NCBI GenBank assembly: GCA_964019425.1
Contig: OZ025800.1
Span: 124,001-188,000 of the forward strand
Direction: 5' to 3'
DNA from: Flectonema sp. DT1601
Lineage: Eukaryota
DNA: 64,000 nucleotides
Part shown: piece by piece, positions 22,795-35,151 of the stretch
Layout: each line of letters opens with the position of its first letter
Numbering within the stretch: position 1 is the stretch's first letter
Notes under the pieces: model-generated
Databases searched by the model: none
What the model was told of the DNA's origin: nothing
What the model saw: the letters and a program-made list of their open reading frames with translations, nothing else
Program-made: the position numbers and the translations under genes

Positions 22795-23435
22795 AATTAA
22801 TTAAGTTGAGGTTGAGAAATTAACCTGTATTGGGGAGATAGGATGACACAACACGACACATGCACTGCAATCAATGTATTTCTTTTTTTTTTTTTTATTA
22901 AGTTACTTTTGCATCACTCGTTTTTCATACAGCTCCCACTCGATCATCAATCAAATGCATCAACGTTTGCAGTACAAACACAATGCAGCCATTTTACCTT
23001 GTACACTCACAACACATTTGTATGTCTTTGAGAAATAAATAAAACATAAAAAGAAGACACTGCCAACACAACTCTTTATGCGTCGTCAACACATCGTGTA
23101 TTGATTTCACAATGTGGACAACTTTGAAAGACCGAGTGAAGTGAAAACCAACTTCCAAAGGCAATCACTTCACTCAAGGAAATATTGAAAAATGGAGAGG
23201 AAGAATTAAAATAGAAAACAAGCAAATAGATTACTGAATCAAATTGCCATCAAATCATCTGCTGGGTGTGAACCATCGAGGCCGACTAGTCAGCCTTCTG
23301 AAGGATCACTCAATTGTATAAAAAGAGGAAAAATAATAAAAATGAAACGACTTCGACGAGATATCTGTATCGCATACTCGGAACTTCCAAGTAGTGAAAT
23401 CCCATCGCACTAAGTCACTGAGTAGTGGAATCTAA

Positions 23436-24167
23436 TCACGCTACGACATCAAAATTTATCCAACGAGGAGCAGGAAGGCAGTGACGAGGGCACATTCTCG
23501 CATCAGGTCCCTGTGGTCTGGGGTTGCTTGTCTTTGGGCAAAAGTGTACTCTCACACACTTACCGTCATCAGGAGTGCAAACATTTGGCTCCTCGCAGTT
23601 GTGCGGTCCGCGGTGTTTGCAAACATCTTCTTCTTGAGCTCCGAAGATGGCGATGTACTTCGCGTCATTCTCAAGTTCTGGAAGCAACACGTGCTCCCCA
23701 GCCTCAACACGAATTCGGAACGCAACCATCGGCTGAACGAACTTCTCAAACATGTCCGGAACAATAAATCCTGGAGCACAAGAACCTCCCTGGTGACCCT
23801 GAGCAGTCAGAGCCGATGCCAATCCTCCGTTGACAGGACCTGAGCATCCCGGGCAGTGGTACACATTCACAAAGAAGTCACATCCGATGTGATCAGAGTT
23901 TTCATTGCATCTCAATTTGAGTACACTCCCCCTCGGAGTGACTTCATGAACTGGGAAGTAGTATTGGTTTAACATCACTGATGGAATGTTAATCAGTTCT
24001 TCATTATCATTTCCAAAAGGAATTCTCAAATCATTACTATCTTTCATAACACGTTGTACTCTAACTGTTGAATAATGTCTTCTTAGGATGTGAACTTCTG
24101 GACCGCTGATGGCTGCACCGTTGACAGTGGCTGCCAACATAAATAGAATTGCTGCGAATGCCTTCAT
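23436..24167 (-). CDS. Secreted Cys-rich protein, array copy 2/17
   Basis: Translation identical to copy 1. Confidence 0.85.
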   Translation of the reverse strand: MKAFAAILFMLAATVNGAAISGPEVHILRRHYSTVRVQRVMKDSNDLRIPFGNDNEELINIPSVMLNQYYFPVHEVTPRGSVLKLRCNENSDHIGCDFFVNVYHCPGCSGPVNGGLASALTAQGHQGGSCAPGFIVPDMFEKFVQPMVAFRIRVEAGEHVLLPELENDAKYIAIFGAQEEDVCKHRGPHNCEEPNVCTPDDGKCVRVHFCPKTSNPRPQGPDARMCPRHCLPAPRWINFDVVA

Positions 24168-24808
24168 AATTAATTAAGTTGAGGTTGAGAAATTAACCTG
24201 TATTGGGGAGATAGGATGACACAACACGACACATGCACTGCAATCAATGTATTTCTTTTTTTTTTTTTTATTAAGTTACTTTTGCATCACTCGTTTTTCA
24301 TACAGCTCCCACTCGATCATCAATCAAATGCATCAACGTTTGCAGTACAAACACAATGCAGCCATTTTACCTTGTACACTCACAACACATTTGTATGTCT
24401 TTGAGAAATAAATAAAACATAAAAAGAAGACACTGCCAACACAACTCTTTATGCGTCGTCAACACATCGTGTATTGATTTCACAATGTGGACAACTTTGA
24501 AAGACCGAGTGAAGTGAAAACCAACTTCCAAAGGCAATCACTTCACTCAAGGAAATATTGAAAAATGGAGAGGAAGAATTAAAATAGAAAACAAGCAAAT
24601 AGATTACTGAATCAAATTGCCATCAAATCATCTGCTGGGTGTGAACCATCGAGGCCGACTAGTCAGCCTTCTGAAGGATCACTCAATTGTATAAAAAGAG
24701 GAAAAATAATAAAAATGAAACGACTTCGACGAGATATCTGTATCGCATACTCGGAACTTCCAAGTAGTGAAATCCCATCGCACTAAGTCACTGAGTAGTG
24801 GAATCTAA

Positions 24809-25540
24809 TCACGCTACGACATCAAAATTTATCCAACGAGGAGCAGGAAGGCAGTGACGAGGGCACATTCTCGCATCAGGTCCCTGTGGTCTGGGGTTGC
24901 TTGTCTTTGGGCAAAAGTGTACTCTCACACACTTACCGTCATCAGGAGTGCAAACATTTGGCTCCTCGCAGTTGTGCGGTCCGCGGTGTTTGCAAACATC
25001 TTCTTCTTGAGCTCCGAAGATGGCGATGTACTTCGCGTCATTCTCAAGTTCTGGAAGCAACACGTGCTCCCCAGCCTCAACACGAATTCGGAACGCAACC
25101 ATCGGCTGAACGAACTTCTCAAACATGTCCGGAACAATAAATCCTGGAGCACAAGAACCTCCCTGGTGACCCTGAGCAGTCAGAGCCGATGCCAATCCTC
25201 CGTTGACAGGACCTGAGCATCCCGGGCAGTGGTACACATTCACAAAGAAGTCACATCCGATGTGATCAGAGTTTTCATTGCATCTCAATTTGAGTACACT
25301 CCCCCTCGGAGTGACTTCATGAACTGGGAAGTAGTATTGGTTTAACATCACTGATGGAATGTTAATCAGTTCTTCATTATCATTTCCAAAAGGAATTCTC
25401 AAATCATTACTATCTTTCATAACACGTTGTACTCTAACTGTTGAATAATGTCTTCTTAGGATGTGAACTTCTGGACCGCTGATGGCTGCACCGTTGACAG
25501 TGGCTGCCAACATAAATAGAATTGCTGCGAATGCCTTCAT
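24809..25540 (-). CDS. Secreted Cys-rich protein, array copy 3/17
   Basis: Translation identical to copy 1. Confidence 0.85.
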   Translation of the reverse strand: MKAFAAILFMLAATVNGAAISGPEVHILRRHYSTVRVQRVMKDSNDLRIPFGNDNEELINIPSVMLNQYYFPVHEVTPRGSVLKLRCNENSDHIGCDFFVNVYHCPGCSGPVNGGLASALTAQGHQGGSCAPGFIVPDMFEKFVQPMVAFRIRVEAGEHVLLPELENDAKYIAIFGAQEEDVCKHRGPHNCEEPNVCTPDDGKCVRVHFCPKTSNPRPQGPDARMCPRHCLPAPRWINFDVVA

Positions 25541-26181
25541 AATTAATTAAGTTGAGGTTGAGAAATTAACCTGTATTGGGGAGATAGGATGACACAACAC
25601 GACACATGCACTGCAATCAATGTATTTCTTTTTTTTTTTTTTATTAAGTTACTTTTGCATCACTCGTTTTTCATACAGCTCCCACTCGATCATCAATCAA
25701 ATGCATCAACGTTTGCAGTACAAACACAATGCAGCCATTTTACCTTGTACACTCACAACACATTTGTATGTCTTTGAGAAATAAATAAAACATAAAAAGA
25801 AGACACTGCCAACACAACTCTTTATGCGTCGTCAACACATCGTGTATTGATTTCACAATGTGGACAACTTTGAAAGACCGAGTGAAGTGAAAACCAACTT
25901 CCAAAGGCAATCACTTCACTCAAGGAAATATTGAAAAATGGAGAGGAAGAATTAAAATAGAAAACAAGCAAATAGATTACTGAATCAAATTGCCATCAAA
26001 TCATCTGCTGGGTGTGAACCATCGAGGCCGACTAGTCAGCCTTCTGAAGGATCACTCAATTGTATAAAAAGAGGAAAAATAATAAAAATGAAACGACTTC
26101 GACGAGATATCTGTATCGCATACTCGGAACTTCCAAGTAGTGAAATCCCATCGCACTAAGTCACTGAGTAGTGGAATCTAA

Positions 26182-26913
26182 TCACGCTACGACATCAAAA
26201 TTTATCCAACGAGGAGCAGGAAGGCAGTGACGAGGGCACATTCTCGCATCAGGTCCCTGTGGTCTGGGGTTGCTTGTCTTTGGGCAAAAGTGTACTCTCA
26301 CACACTTACCGTCATCAGGAGTGCAAACATTTGGCTCCTCGCAGTTGTGCGGTCCGCGGTGTTTGCAAACATCTTCTTCTTGAGCTCCGAAGATGGCGAT
26401 GTACTTCGCGTCATTCTCAAGTTCTGGAAGCAACACGTGCTCCCCAGCCTCAACACGAATTCGGAACGCAACCATCGGCTGAACGAACTTCTCAAACATG
26501 TCCGGAACAATAAATCCTGGAGCACAAGAACCTCCCTGGTGACCCTGAGCAGTCAGAGCCGATGCCAATCCTCCGTTGACAGGACCTGAGCATCCCGGGC
26601 AGTGGTACACATTCACAAAGAAGTCACATCCGATGTGATCAGAGTTTTCATTGCATCTCAATTTGAGTACACTCCCCCTCGGAGTGACTTCATGAACTGG
26701 GAAGTAGTATTGGTTTAACATCACTGATGGAATGTTAATCAGTTCTTCATTATCATTTCCAAAAGGAATTCTCAAATCATTACTATCTTTCATAACACGT
26801 TGTACTCTAACTGTTGAATAATGTCTTCTTAGGATGTGAACTTCTGGACCGCTGATGGCTGCACCGTTGACAGTGGCTGCCAACATAAATAGAATTGCTG
26901 CGAATGCCTTCAT
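26182..26913 (-). CDS. Secreted Cys-rich protein, array copy 4/17
   Basis: Translation identical to copy 1. Confidence 0.85.
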   Translation of the reverse strand: MKAFAAILFMLAATVNGAAISGPEVHILRRHYSTVRVQRVMKDSNDLRIPFGNDNEELINIPSVMLNQYYFPVHEVTPRGSVLKLRCNENSDHIGCDFFVNVYHCPGCSGPVNGGLASALTAQGHQGGSCAPGFIVPDMFEKFVQPMVAFRIRVEAGEHVLLPELENDAKYIAIFGAQEEDVCKHRGPHNCEEPNVCTPDDGKCVRVHFCPKTSNPRPQGPDARMCPRHCLPAPRWINFDVVA

Positions 26914-27554
26914 AATTAATTAAGTTGAGGTTGAGAAATTAACCTGTATTGGGGAGATAGGATGACACAACACGACACATGCACTGCAATCAATGTATTT
27001 CTTTTTTTTTTTTTTATTAAGTTACTTTTGCATCACTCGTTTTTCATACAGCTCCCACTCGATCATCAATCAAATGCATCAACGTTTGCAGTACAAACAC
27101 AATGCAGCCATTTTACCTTGTACACTCACAACACATTTGTATGTCTTTGAGAAATAAATAAAACATAAAAAGAAGACACTGCCAACACAACTCTTTATGC
27201 GTCGTCAACACATCGTGTATTGATTTCACAATGTGGACAACTTTGAAAGACCGAGTGAAGTGAAAACCAACTTCCAAAGGCAATCACTTCACTCAAGGAA
27301 ATATTGAAAAATGGAGAGGAAGAATTAAAATAGAAAACAAGCAAATAGATTACTGAATCAAATTGCCATCAAATCATCTGCTGGGTGTGAACCATCGAGG
27401 CCGACTAGTCAGCCTTCTGAAGGATCACTCAATTGTATAAAAAGAGGAAAAATAATAAAAATGAAACGACTTCGACGAGATATCTGTATCGCATACTCGG
27501 AACTTCCAAGTAGTGAAATCCCATCGCACTAAGTCACTGAGTAGTGGAATCTAA

Positions 27555-28286
27555 TCACGCTACGACATCAAAATTTATCCAACGAGGAGCAGGAAGGCAG
27601 TGACGAGGGCACATTCTCGCATCAGGTCCCTGTGGTCTGGGGTTGCTTGTCTTTGGGCAAAAGTGTACTCTCACACACTTACCGTCATCAGGAGTGCAAA
27701 CATTTGGCTCCTCGCAGTTGTGCGGTCCGCGGTGTTTGCAAACATCTTCTTCTTGAGCTCCGAAGATGGCGATGTACTTCGCGTCATTCTCAAGTTCTGG
27801 AAGCAACACGTGCTCCCCAGCCTCAACACGAATTCGGAACGCAACCATCGGCTGAACGAACTTCTCAAACATGTCCGGAACAATAAATCCTGGAGCACAA
27901 GAACCTCCCTGGTGACCCTGAGCAGTCAGAGCCGATGCCAATCCTCCGTTGACAGGACCTGAGCATCCCGGGCAGTGGTACACATTCACAAAGAAGTCAC
28001 ATCCGATGTGATCAGAGTTTTCATTGCATCTCAATTTGAGTACACTCCCCCTCGGAGTGACTTCATGAACTGGGAAGTAGTATTGGTTTAACATCACTGA
28101 TGGAATGTTAATCAGTTCTTCATTATCATTTCCAAAAGGAATTCTCAAATCATTACTATCTTTCATAACACGTTGTACTCTAACTGTTGAATAATGTCTT
28201 CTTAGGATGTGAACTTCTGGACCGCTGATGGCTGCACCGTTGACAGTGGCTGCCAACATAAATAGAATTGCTGCGAATGCCTTCAT
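27555..28286 (-). CDS. Secreted Cys-rich protein, array copy 5/17
   Basis: Translation identical to copy 1. Confidence 0.85.
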   Translation of the reverse strand: MKAFAAILFMLAATVNGAAISGPEVHILRRHYSTVRVQRVMKDSNDLRIPFGNDNEELINIPSVMLNQYYFPVHEVTPRGSVLKLRCNENSDHIGCDFFVNVYHCPGCSGPVNGGLASALTAQGHQGGSCAPGFIVPDMFEKFVQPMVAFRIRVEAGEHVLLPELENDAKYIAIFGAQEEDVCKHRGPHNCEEPNVCTPDDGKCVRVHFCPKTSNPRPQGPDARMCPRHCLPAPRWINFDVVA

Positions 28287-28927
28287 AATTAATTAAGTTG
28301 AGGTTGAGAAATTAACCTGTATTGGGGAGATAGGATGACACAACACGACACATGCACTGCAATCAATGTATTTCTTTTTTTTTTTTTTATTAAGTTACTT
28401 TTGCATCACTCGTTTTTCATACAGCTCCCACTCGATCATCAATCAAATGCATCAACGTTTGCAGTACAAACACAATGCAGCCATTTTACCTTGTACACTC
28501 ACAACACATTTGTATGTCTTTGAGAAATAAATAAAACATAAAAAGAAGACACTGCCAACACAACTCTTTATGCGTCGTCAACACATCGTGTATTGATTTC
28601 ACAATGTGGACAACTTTGAAAGACCGAGTGAAGTGAAAACCAACTTCCAAAGGCAATCACTTCACTCAAGGAAATATTGAAAAATGGAGAGGAAGAATTA
28701 AAATAGAAAACAAGCAAATAGATTACTGAATCAAATTGCCATCAAATCATCTGCTGGGTGTGAACCATCGAGGCCGACTAGTCAGCCTTCTGAAGGATCA
28801 CTCAATTGTATAAAAAGAGGAAAAATAATAAAAATGAAACGACTTCGACGAGATATCTGTATCGCATACTCGGAACTTCCAAGTAGTGAAATCCCATCGC
28901 ACTAAGTCACTGAGTAGTGGAATCTAA

Positions 28928-29659
28928 TCACGCTACGACATCAAAATTTATCCAACGAGGAGCAGGAAGGCAGTGACGAGGGCACATTCTCGCATCAGGT
29001 CCCTGTGGTCTGGGGTTGCTTGTCTTTGGGCAAAAGTGTACTCTCACACACTTACCGTCATCAGGAGTGCAAACATTTGGCTCCTCGCAGTTGTGCGGTC
29101 CGCGGTGTTTGCAAACATCTTCTTCTTGAGCTCCGAAGATGGCGATGTACTTCGCGTCATTCTCAAGTTCTGGAAGCAACACGTGCTCCCCAGCCTCAAC
29201 ACGAATTCGGAACGCAACCATCGGCTGAACGAACTTCTCAAACATGTCCGGAACAATAAATCCTGGAGCACAAGAACCTCCCTGGTGACCCTGAGCAGTC
29301 AGAGCCGATGCCAATCCTCCGTTGACAGGACCTGAGCATCCCGGGCAGTGGTACACATTCACAAAGAAGTCACATCCGATGTGATCAGAGTTTTCATTGC
29401 ATCTCAATTTGAGTACACTCCCCCTCGGAGTGACTTCATGAACTGGGAAGTAGTATTGGTTTAACATCACTGATGGAATGTTAATCAGTTCTTCATTATC
29501 ATTTCCAAAAGGAATTCTCAAATCATTACTATCTTTCATAACACGTTGTACTCTAACTGTTGAATAATGTCTTCTTAGGATGTGAACTTCTGGACCGCTG
29601 ATGGCTGCACCGTTGACAGTGGCTGCCAACATAAATAGAATTGCTGCGAATGCCTTCAT
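28928..29659 (-). CDS. Secreted Cys-rich protein, array copy 6/17
   Basis: Translation identical to copy 1. Confidence 0.85.
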   Translation of the reverse strand: MKAFAAILFMLAATVNGAAISGPEVHILRRHYSTVRVQRVMKDSNDLRIPFGNDNEELINIPSVMLNQYYFPVHEVTPRGSVLKLRCNENSDHIGCDFFVNVYHCPGCSGPVNGGLASALTAQGHQGGSCAPGFIVPDMFEKFVQPMVAFRIRVEAGEHVLLPELENDAKYIAIFGAQEEDVCKHRGPHNCEEPNVCTPDDGKCVRVHFCPKTSNPRPQGPDARMCPRHCLPAPRWINFDVVA

Positions 29660-30300
29660 AATTAATTAAGTTGAGGTTGAGAAATTAACCTGTATTGGGG
29701 AGATAGGATGACACAACACGACACATGCACTGCAATCAATGTATTTCTTTTTTTTTTTTTTATTAAGTTACTTTTGCATCACTCGTTTTTCATACAGCTC
29801 CCACTCGATCATCAATCAAATGCATCAACGTTTGCAGTACAAACACAATGCAGCCATTTTACCTTGTACACTCACAACACATTTGTATGTCTTTGAGAAA
29901 TAAATAAAACATAAAAAGAAGACACTGCCAACACAACTCTTTATGCGTCGTCAACACATCGTGTATTGATTTCACAATGTGGACAACTTTGAAAGACCGA
30001 GTGAAGTGAAAACCAACTTCCAAAGGCAATCACTTCACTCAAGGAAATATTGAAAAATGGAGAGGAAGAATTAAAATAGAAAACAAGCAAATAGATTACT
30101 GAATCAAATTGCCATCAAATCATCTGCTGGGTGTGAACCATCGAGGCCGACTAGTCAGCCTTCTGAAGGATCACTCAATTGTATAAAAAGAGGAAAAATA
30201 ATAAAAATGAAACGACTTCGACGAGATATCTGTATCGCATACTCGGAACTTCCAAGTAGTGAAATCCCATCGCACTAAGTCACTGAGTAGTGGAATCTAA

Positions 30301-31032
30301 TCACGCTACGACATCAAAATTTATCCAACGAGGAGCAGGAAGGCAGTGACGAGGGCACATTCTCGCATCAGGTCCCTGTGGTCTGGGGTTGCTTGTCTTT
30401 GGGCAAAAGTGTACTCTCACACACTTACCGTCATCAGGAGTGCAAACATTTGGCTCCTCGCAGTTGTGCGGTCCGCGGTGTTTGCAAACATCTTCTTCTT
30501 GAGCTCCGAAGATGGCGATGTACTTCGCGTCATTCTCAAGTTCTGGAAGCAACACGTGCTCCCCAGCCTCAACACGAATTCGGAACGCAACCATCGGCTG
30601 AACGAACTTCTCAAACATGTCCGGAACAATAAATCCTGGAGCACAAGAACCTCCCTGGTGACCCTGAGCAGTCAGAGCCGATGCCAATCCTCCGTTGACA
30701 GGACCTGAGCATCCCGGGCAGTGGTACACATTCACAAAGAAGTCACATCCGATGTGATCAGAGTTTTCATTGCATCTCAATTTGAGTACACTCCCCCTCG
30801 GAGTGACTTCATGAACTGGGAAGTAGTATTGGTTTAACATCACTGATGGAATGTTAATCAGTTCTTCATTATCATTTCCAAAAGGAATTCTCAAATCATT
30901 ACTATCTTTCATAACACGTTGTACTCTAACTGTTGAATAATGTCTTCTTAGGATGTGAACTTCTGGACCGCTGATGGCTGCACCGTTGACAGTGGCTGCC
31001 AACATAAATAGAATTGCTGCGAATGCCTTCAT
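30301..31032 (-). CDS. Secreted Cys-rich protein, array copy 7/17
   Basis: Translation identical to copy 1. Confidence 0.85.
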   Translation of the reverse strand: MKAFAAILFMLAATVNGAAISGPEVHILRRHYSTVRVQRVMKDSNDLRIPFGNDNEELINIPSVMLNQYYFPVHEVTPRGSVLKLRCNENSDHIGCDFFVNVYHCPGCSGPVNGGLASALTAQGHQGGSCAPGFIVPDMFEKFVQPMVAFRIRVEAGEHVLLPELENDAKYIAIFGAQEEDVCKHRGPHNCEEPNVCTPDDGKCVRVHFCPKTSNPRPQGPDARMCPRHCLPAPRWINFDVVA

Positions 31033-31673
31033 AATTAATTAAGTTGAGGTTGAGAAATTAACCTGTATTGGGGAGATAGGATGACACAACACGACACATG
31101 CACTGCAATCAATGTATTTCTTTTTTTTTTTTTTATTAAGTTACTTTTGCATCACTCGTTTTTCATACAGCTCCCACTCGATCATCAATCAAATGCATCA
31201 ACGTTTGCAGTACAAACACAATGCAGCCATTTTACCTTGTACACTCACAACACATTTGTATGTCTTTGAGAAATAAATAAAACATAAAAAGAAGACACTG
31301 CCAACACAACTCTTTATGCGTCGTCAACACATCGTGTATTGATTTCACAATGTGGACAACTTTGAAAGACCGAGTGAAGTGAAAACCAACTTCCAAAGGC
31401 AATCACTTCACTCAAGGAAATATTGAAAAATGGAGAGGAAGAATTAAAATAGAAAACAAGCAAATAGATTACTGAATCAAATTGCCATCAAATCATCTGC
31501 TGGGTGTGAACCATCGAGGCCGACTAGTCAGCCTTCTGAAGGATCACTCAATTGTATAAAAAGAGGAAAAATAATAAAAATGAAACGACTTCGACGAGAT
31601 ATCTGTATCGCATACTCGGAACTTCCAAGTAGTGAAATCCCATCGCACTAAGTCACTGAGTAGTGGAATCTAA

Positions 31674-32405
31674 TCACGCTACGACATCAAAATTTATCCA
31701 ACGAGGAGCAGGAAGGCAGTGACGAGGGCACATTCTCGCATCAGGTCCCTGTGGTCTGGGGTTGCTTGTCTTTGGGCAAAAGTGTACTCTCACACACTTA
31801 CCGTCATCAGGAGTGCAAACATTTGGCTCCTCGCAGTTGTGCGGTCCGCGGTGTTTGCAAACATCTTCTTCTTGAGCTCCGAAGATGGCGATGTACTTCG
31901 CGTCATTCTCAAGTTCTGGAAGCAACACGTGCTCCCCAGCCTCAACACGAATTCGGAACGCAACCATCGGCTGAACGAACTTCTCAAACATGTCCGGAAC
32001 AATAAATCCTGGAGCACAAGAACCTCCCTGGTGACCCTGAGCAGTCAGAGCCGATGCCAATCCTCCGTTGACAGGACCTGAGCATCCCGGGCAGTGGTAC
32101 ACATTCACAAAGAAGTCACATCCGATGTGATCAGAGTTTTCATTGCATCTCAATTTGAGTACACTCCCCCTCGGAGTGACTTCATGAACTGGGAAGTAGT
32201 ATTGGTTTAACATCACTGATGGAATGTTAATCAGTTCTTCATTATCATTTCCAAAAGGAATTCTCAAATCATTACTATCTTTCATAACACGTTGTACTCT
32301 AACTGTTGAATAATGTCTTCTTAGGATGTGAACTTCTGGACCGCTGATGGCTGCACCGTTGACAGTGGCTGCCAACATAAATAGAATTGCTGCGAATGCC
32401 TTCAT
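31674..32405 (-). CDS. Secreted Cys-rich protein, array copy 8/17
   Basis: Translation identical to copy 1. Confidence 0.85.
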   Translation of the reverse strand: MKAFAAILFMLAATVNGAAISGPEVHILRRHYSTVRVQRVMKDSNDLRIPFGNDNEELINIPSVMLNQYYFPVHEVTPRGSVLKLRCNENSDHIGCDFFVNVYHCPGCSGPVNGGLASALTAQGHQGGSCAPGFIVPDMFEKFVQPMVAFRIRVEAGEHVLLPELENDAKYIAIFGAQEEDVCKHRGPHNCEEPNVCTPDDGKCVRVHFCPKTSNPRPQGPDARMCPRHCLPAPRWINFDVVA

Positions 32406-33046
32406 AATTAATTAAGTTGAGGTTGAGAAATTAACCTGTATTGGGGAGATAGGATGACACAACACGACACATGCACTGCAATCAATGTATTTCTTTTTTT
32501 TTTTTTTATTAAGTTACTTTTGCATCACTCGTTTTTCATACAGCTCCCACTCGATCATCAATCAAATGCATCAACGTTTGCAGTACAAACACAATGCAGC
32601 CATTTTACCTTGTACACTCACAACACATTTGTATGTCTTTGAGAAATAAATAAAACATAAAAAGAAGACACTGCCAACACAACTCTTTATGCGTCGTCAA
32701 CACATCGTGTATTGATTTCACAATGTGGACAACTTTGAAAGACCGAGTGAAGTGAAAACCAACTTCCAAAGGCAATCACTTCACTCAAGGAAATATTGAA
32801 AAATGGAGAGGAAGAATTAAAATAGAAAACAAGCAAATAGATTACTGAATCAAATTGCCATCAAATCATCTGCTGGGTGTGAACCATCGAGGCCGACTAG
32901 TCAGCCTTCTGAAGGATCACTCAATTGTATAAAAAGAGGAAAAATAATAAAAATGAAACGACTTCGACGAGATATCTGTATCGCATACTCGGAACTTCCA
33001 AGTAGTGAAATCCCATCGCACTAAGTCACTGAGTAGTGGAATCTAA

Positions 33047-33778
33047 TCACGCTACGACATCAAAATTTATCCAACGAGGAGCAGGAAGGCAGTGACGAGG
33101 GCACATTCTCGCATCAGGTCCCTGTGGTCTGGGGTTGCTTGTCTTTGGGCAAAAGTGTACTCTCACACACTTACCGTCATCAGGAGTGCAAACATTTGGC
33201 TCCTCGCAGTTGTGCGGTCCGCGGTGTTTGCAAACATCTTCTTCTTGAGCTCCGAAGATGGCGATGTACTTCGCGTCATTCTCAAGTTCTGGAAGCAACA
33301 CGTGCTCCCCAGCCTCAACACGAATTCGGAACGCAACCATCGGCTGAACGAACTTCTCAAACATGTCCGGAACAATAAATCCTGGAGCACAAGAACCTCC
33401 CTGGTGACCCTGAGCAGTCAGAGCCGATGCCAATCCTCCGTTGACAGGACCTGAGCATCCCGGGCAGTGGTACACATTCACAAAGAAGTCACATCCGATG
33501 TGATCAGAGTTTTCATTGCATCTCAATTTGAGTACACTCCCCCTCGGAGTGACTTCATGAACTGGGAAGTAGTATTGGTTTAACATCACTGATGGAATGT
33601 TAATCAGTTCTTCATTATCATTTCCAAAAGGAATTCTCAAATCATTACTATCTTTCATAACACGTTGTACTCTAACTGTTGAATAATGTCTTCTTAGGAT
33701 GTGAACTTCTGGACCGCTGATGGCTGCACCGTTGACAGTGGCTGCCAACATAAATAGAATTGCTGCGAATGCCTTCAT
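33047..33778 (-). CDS. Secreted Cys-rich protein, array copy 9/17
   Basis: Translation identical to copy 1. Confidence 0.85.
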   Translation of the reverse strand: MKAFAAILFMLAATVNGAAISGPEVHILRRHYSTVRVQRVMKDSNDLRIPFGNDNEELINIPSVMLNQYYFPVHEVTPRGSVLKLRCNENSDHIGCDFFVNVYHCPGCSGPVNGGLASALTAQGHQGGSCAPGFIVPDMFEKFVQPMVAFRIRVEAGEHVLLPELENDAKYIAIFGAQEEDVCKHRGPHNCEEPNVCTPDDGKCVRVHFCPKTSNPRPQGPDARMCPRHCLPAPRWINFDVVA

Positions 33779-34419
33779 AATTAATTAAGTTGAGGTTGAG
33801 AAATTAACCTGTATTGGGGAGATAGGATGACACAACACGACACATGCACTGCAATCAATGTATTTCTTTTTTTTTTTTTTATTAAGTTACTTTTGCATCA
33901 CTCGTTTTTCATACAGCTCCCACTCGATCATCAATCAAATGCATCAACGTTTGCAGTACAAACACAATGCAGCCATTTTACCTTGTACACTCACAACACA
34001 TTTGTATGTCTTTGAGAAATAAATAAAACATAAAAAGAAGACACTGCCAACACAACTCTTTATGCGTCGTCAACACATCGTGTATTGATTTCACAATGTG
34101 GACAACTTTGAAAGACCGAGTGAAGTGAAAACCAACTTCCAAAGGCAATCACTTCACTCAAGGAAATATTGAAAAATGGAGAGGAAGAATTAAAATAGAA
34201 AACAAGCAAATAGATTACTGAATCAAATTGCCATCAAATCATCTGCTGGGTGTGAACCATCGAGGCCGACTAGTCAGCCTTCTGAAGGATCACTCAATTG
34301 TATAAAAAGAGGAAAAATAATAAAAATGAAACGACTTCGACGAGATATCTGTATCGCATACTCGGAACTTCCAAGTAGTGAAATCCCATCGCACTAAGTC
34401 ACTGAGTAGTGGAATCTAA

Positions 34420-35151
34420 TCACGCTACGACATCAAAATTTATCCAACGAGGAGCAGGAAGGCAGTGACGAGGGCACATTCTCGCATCAGGTCCCTGTGG
34501 TCTGGGGTTGCTTGTCTTTGGGCAAAAGTGTACTCTCACACACTTACCGTCATCAGGAGTGCAAACATTTGGCTCCTCGCAGTTGTGCGGTCCGCGGTGT
34601 TTGCAAACATCTTCTTCTTGAGCTCCGAAGATGGCGATGTACTTCGCGTCATTCTCAAGTTCTGGAAGCAACACGTGCTCCCCAGCCTCAACACGAATTC
34701 GGAACGCAACCATCGGCTGAACGAACTTCTCAAACATGTCCGGAACAATAAATCCTGGAGCACAAGAACCTCCCTGGTGACCCTGAGCAGTCAGAGCCGA
34801 TGCCAATCCTCCGTTGACAGGACCTGAGCATCCCGGGCAGTGGTACACATTCACAAAGAAGTCACATCCGATGTGATCAGAGTTTTCATTGCATCTCAAT
34901 TTGAGTACACTCCCCCTCGGAGTGACTTCATGAACTGGGAAGTAGTATTGGTTTAACATCACTGATGGAATGTTAATCAGTTCTTCATTATCATTTCCAA
35001 AAGGAATTCTCAAATCATTACTATCTTTCATAACACGTTGTACTCTAACTGTTGAATAATGTCTTCTTAGGATGTGAACTTCTGGACCGCTGATGGCTGC
35101 ACCGTTGACAGTGGCTGCCAACATAAATAGAATTGCTGCGAATGCCTTCAT
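34420..35151 (-). CDS. Secreted Cys-rich protein, array copy 10/17
   Basis: Translation identical to copy 1. Confidence 0.85.
   Translation of the reverse strand: MKAFAAILFMLAATVNGAAISGPEVHILRRHYSTVRVQRVMKDSNDLRIPFGNDNEELINIPSVMLNQYYFPVHEVTPRGSVLKLRCNENSDHIGCDFFVNVYHCPGCSGPVNGGLASALTAQGHQGGSCAPGFIVPDMFEKFVQPMVAFRIRVEAGEHVLLPELENDAKYIAIFGAQEEDVCKHRGPHNCEEPNVCTPDDGKCVRVHFCPKTSNPRPQGPDARMCPRHCLPAPRWINFDVVA

Noticed and set aside
22108..23031. Plus-strand ORFs (120, 84, 62 aa) and the alternative-frame 75-aa ORF repeated in each array unit
   Set aside because: They are antisense or shadow frames of the 243-aa gene, or span a poly-T tract. They recur only because the unit is repeated.
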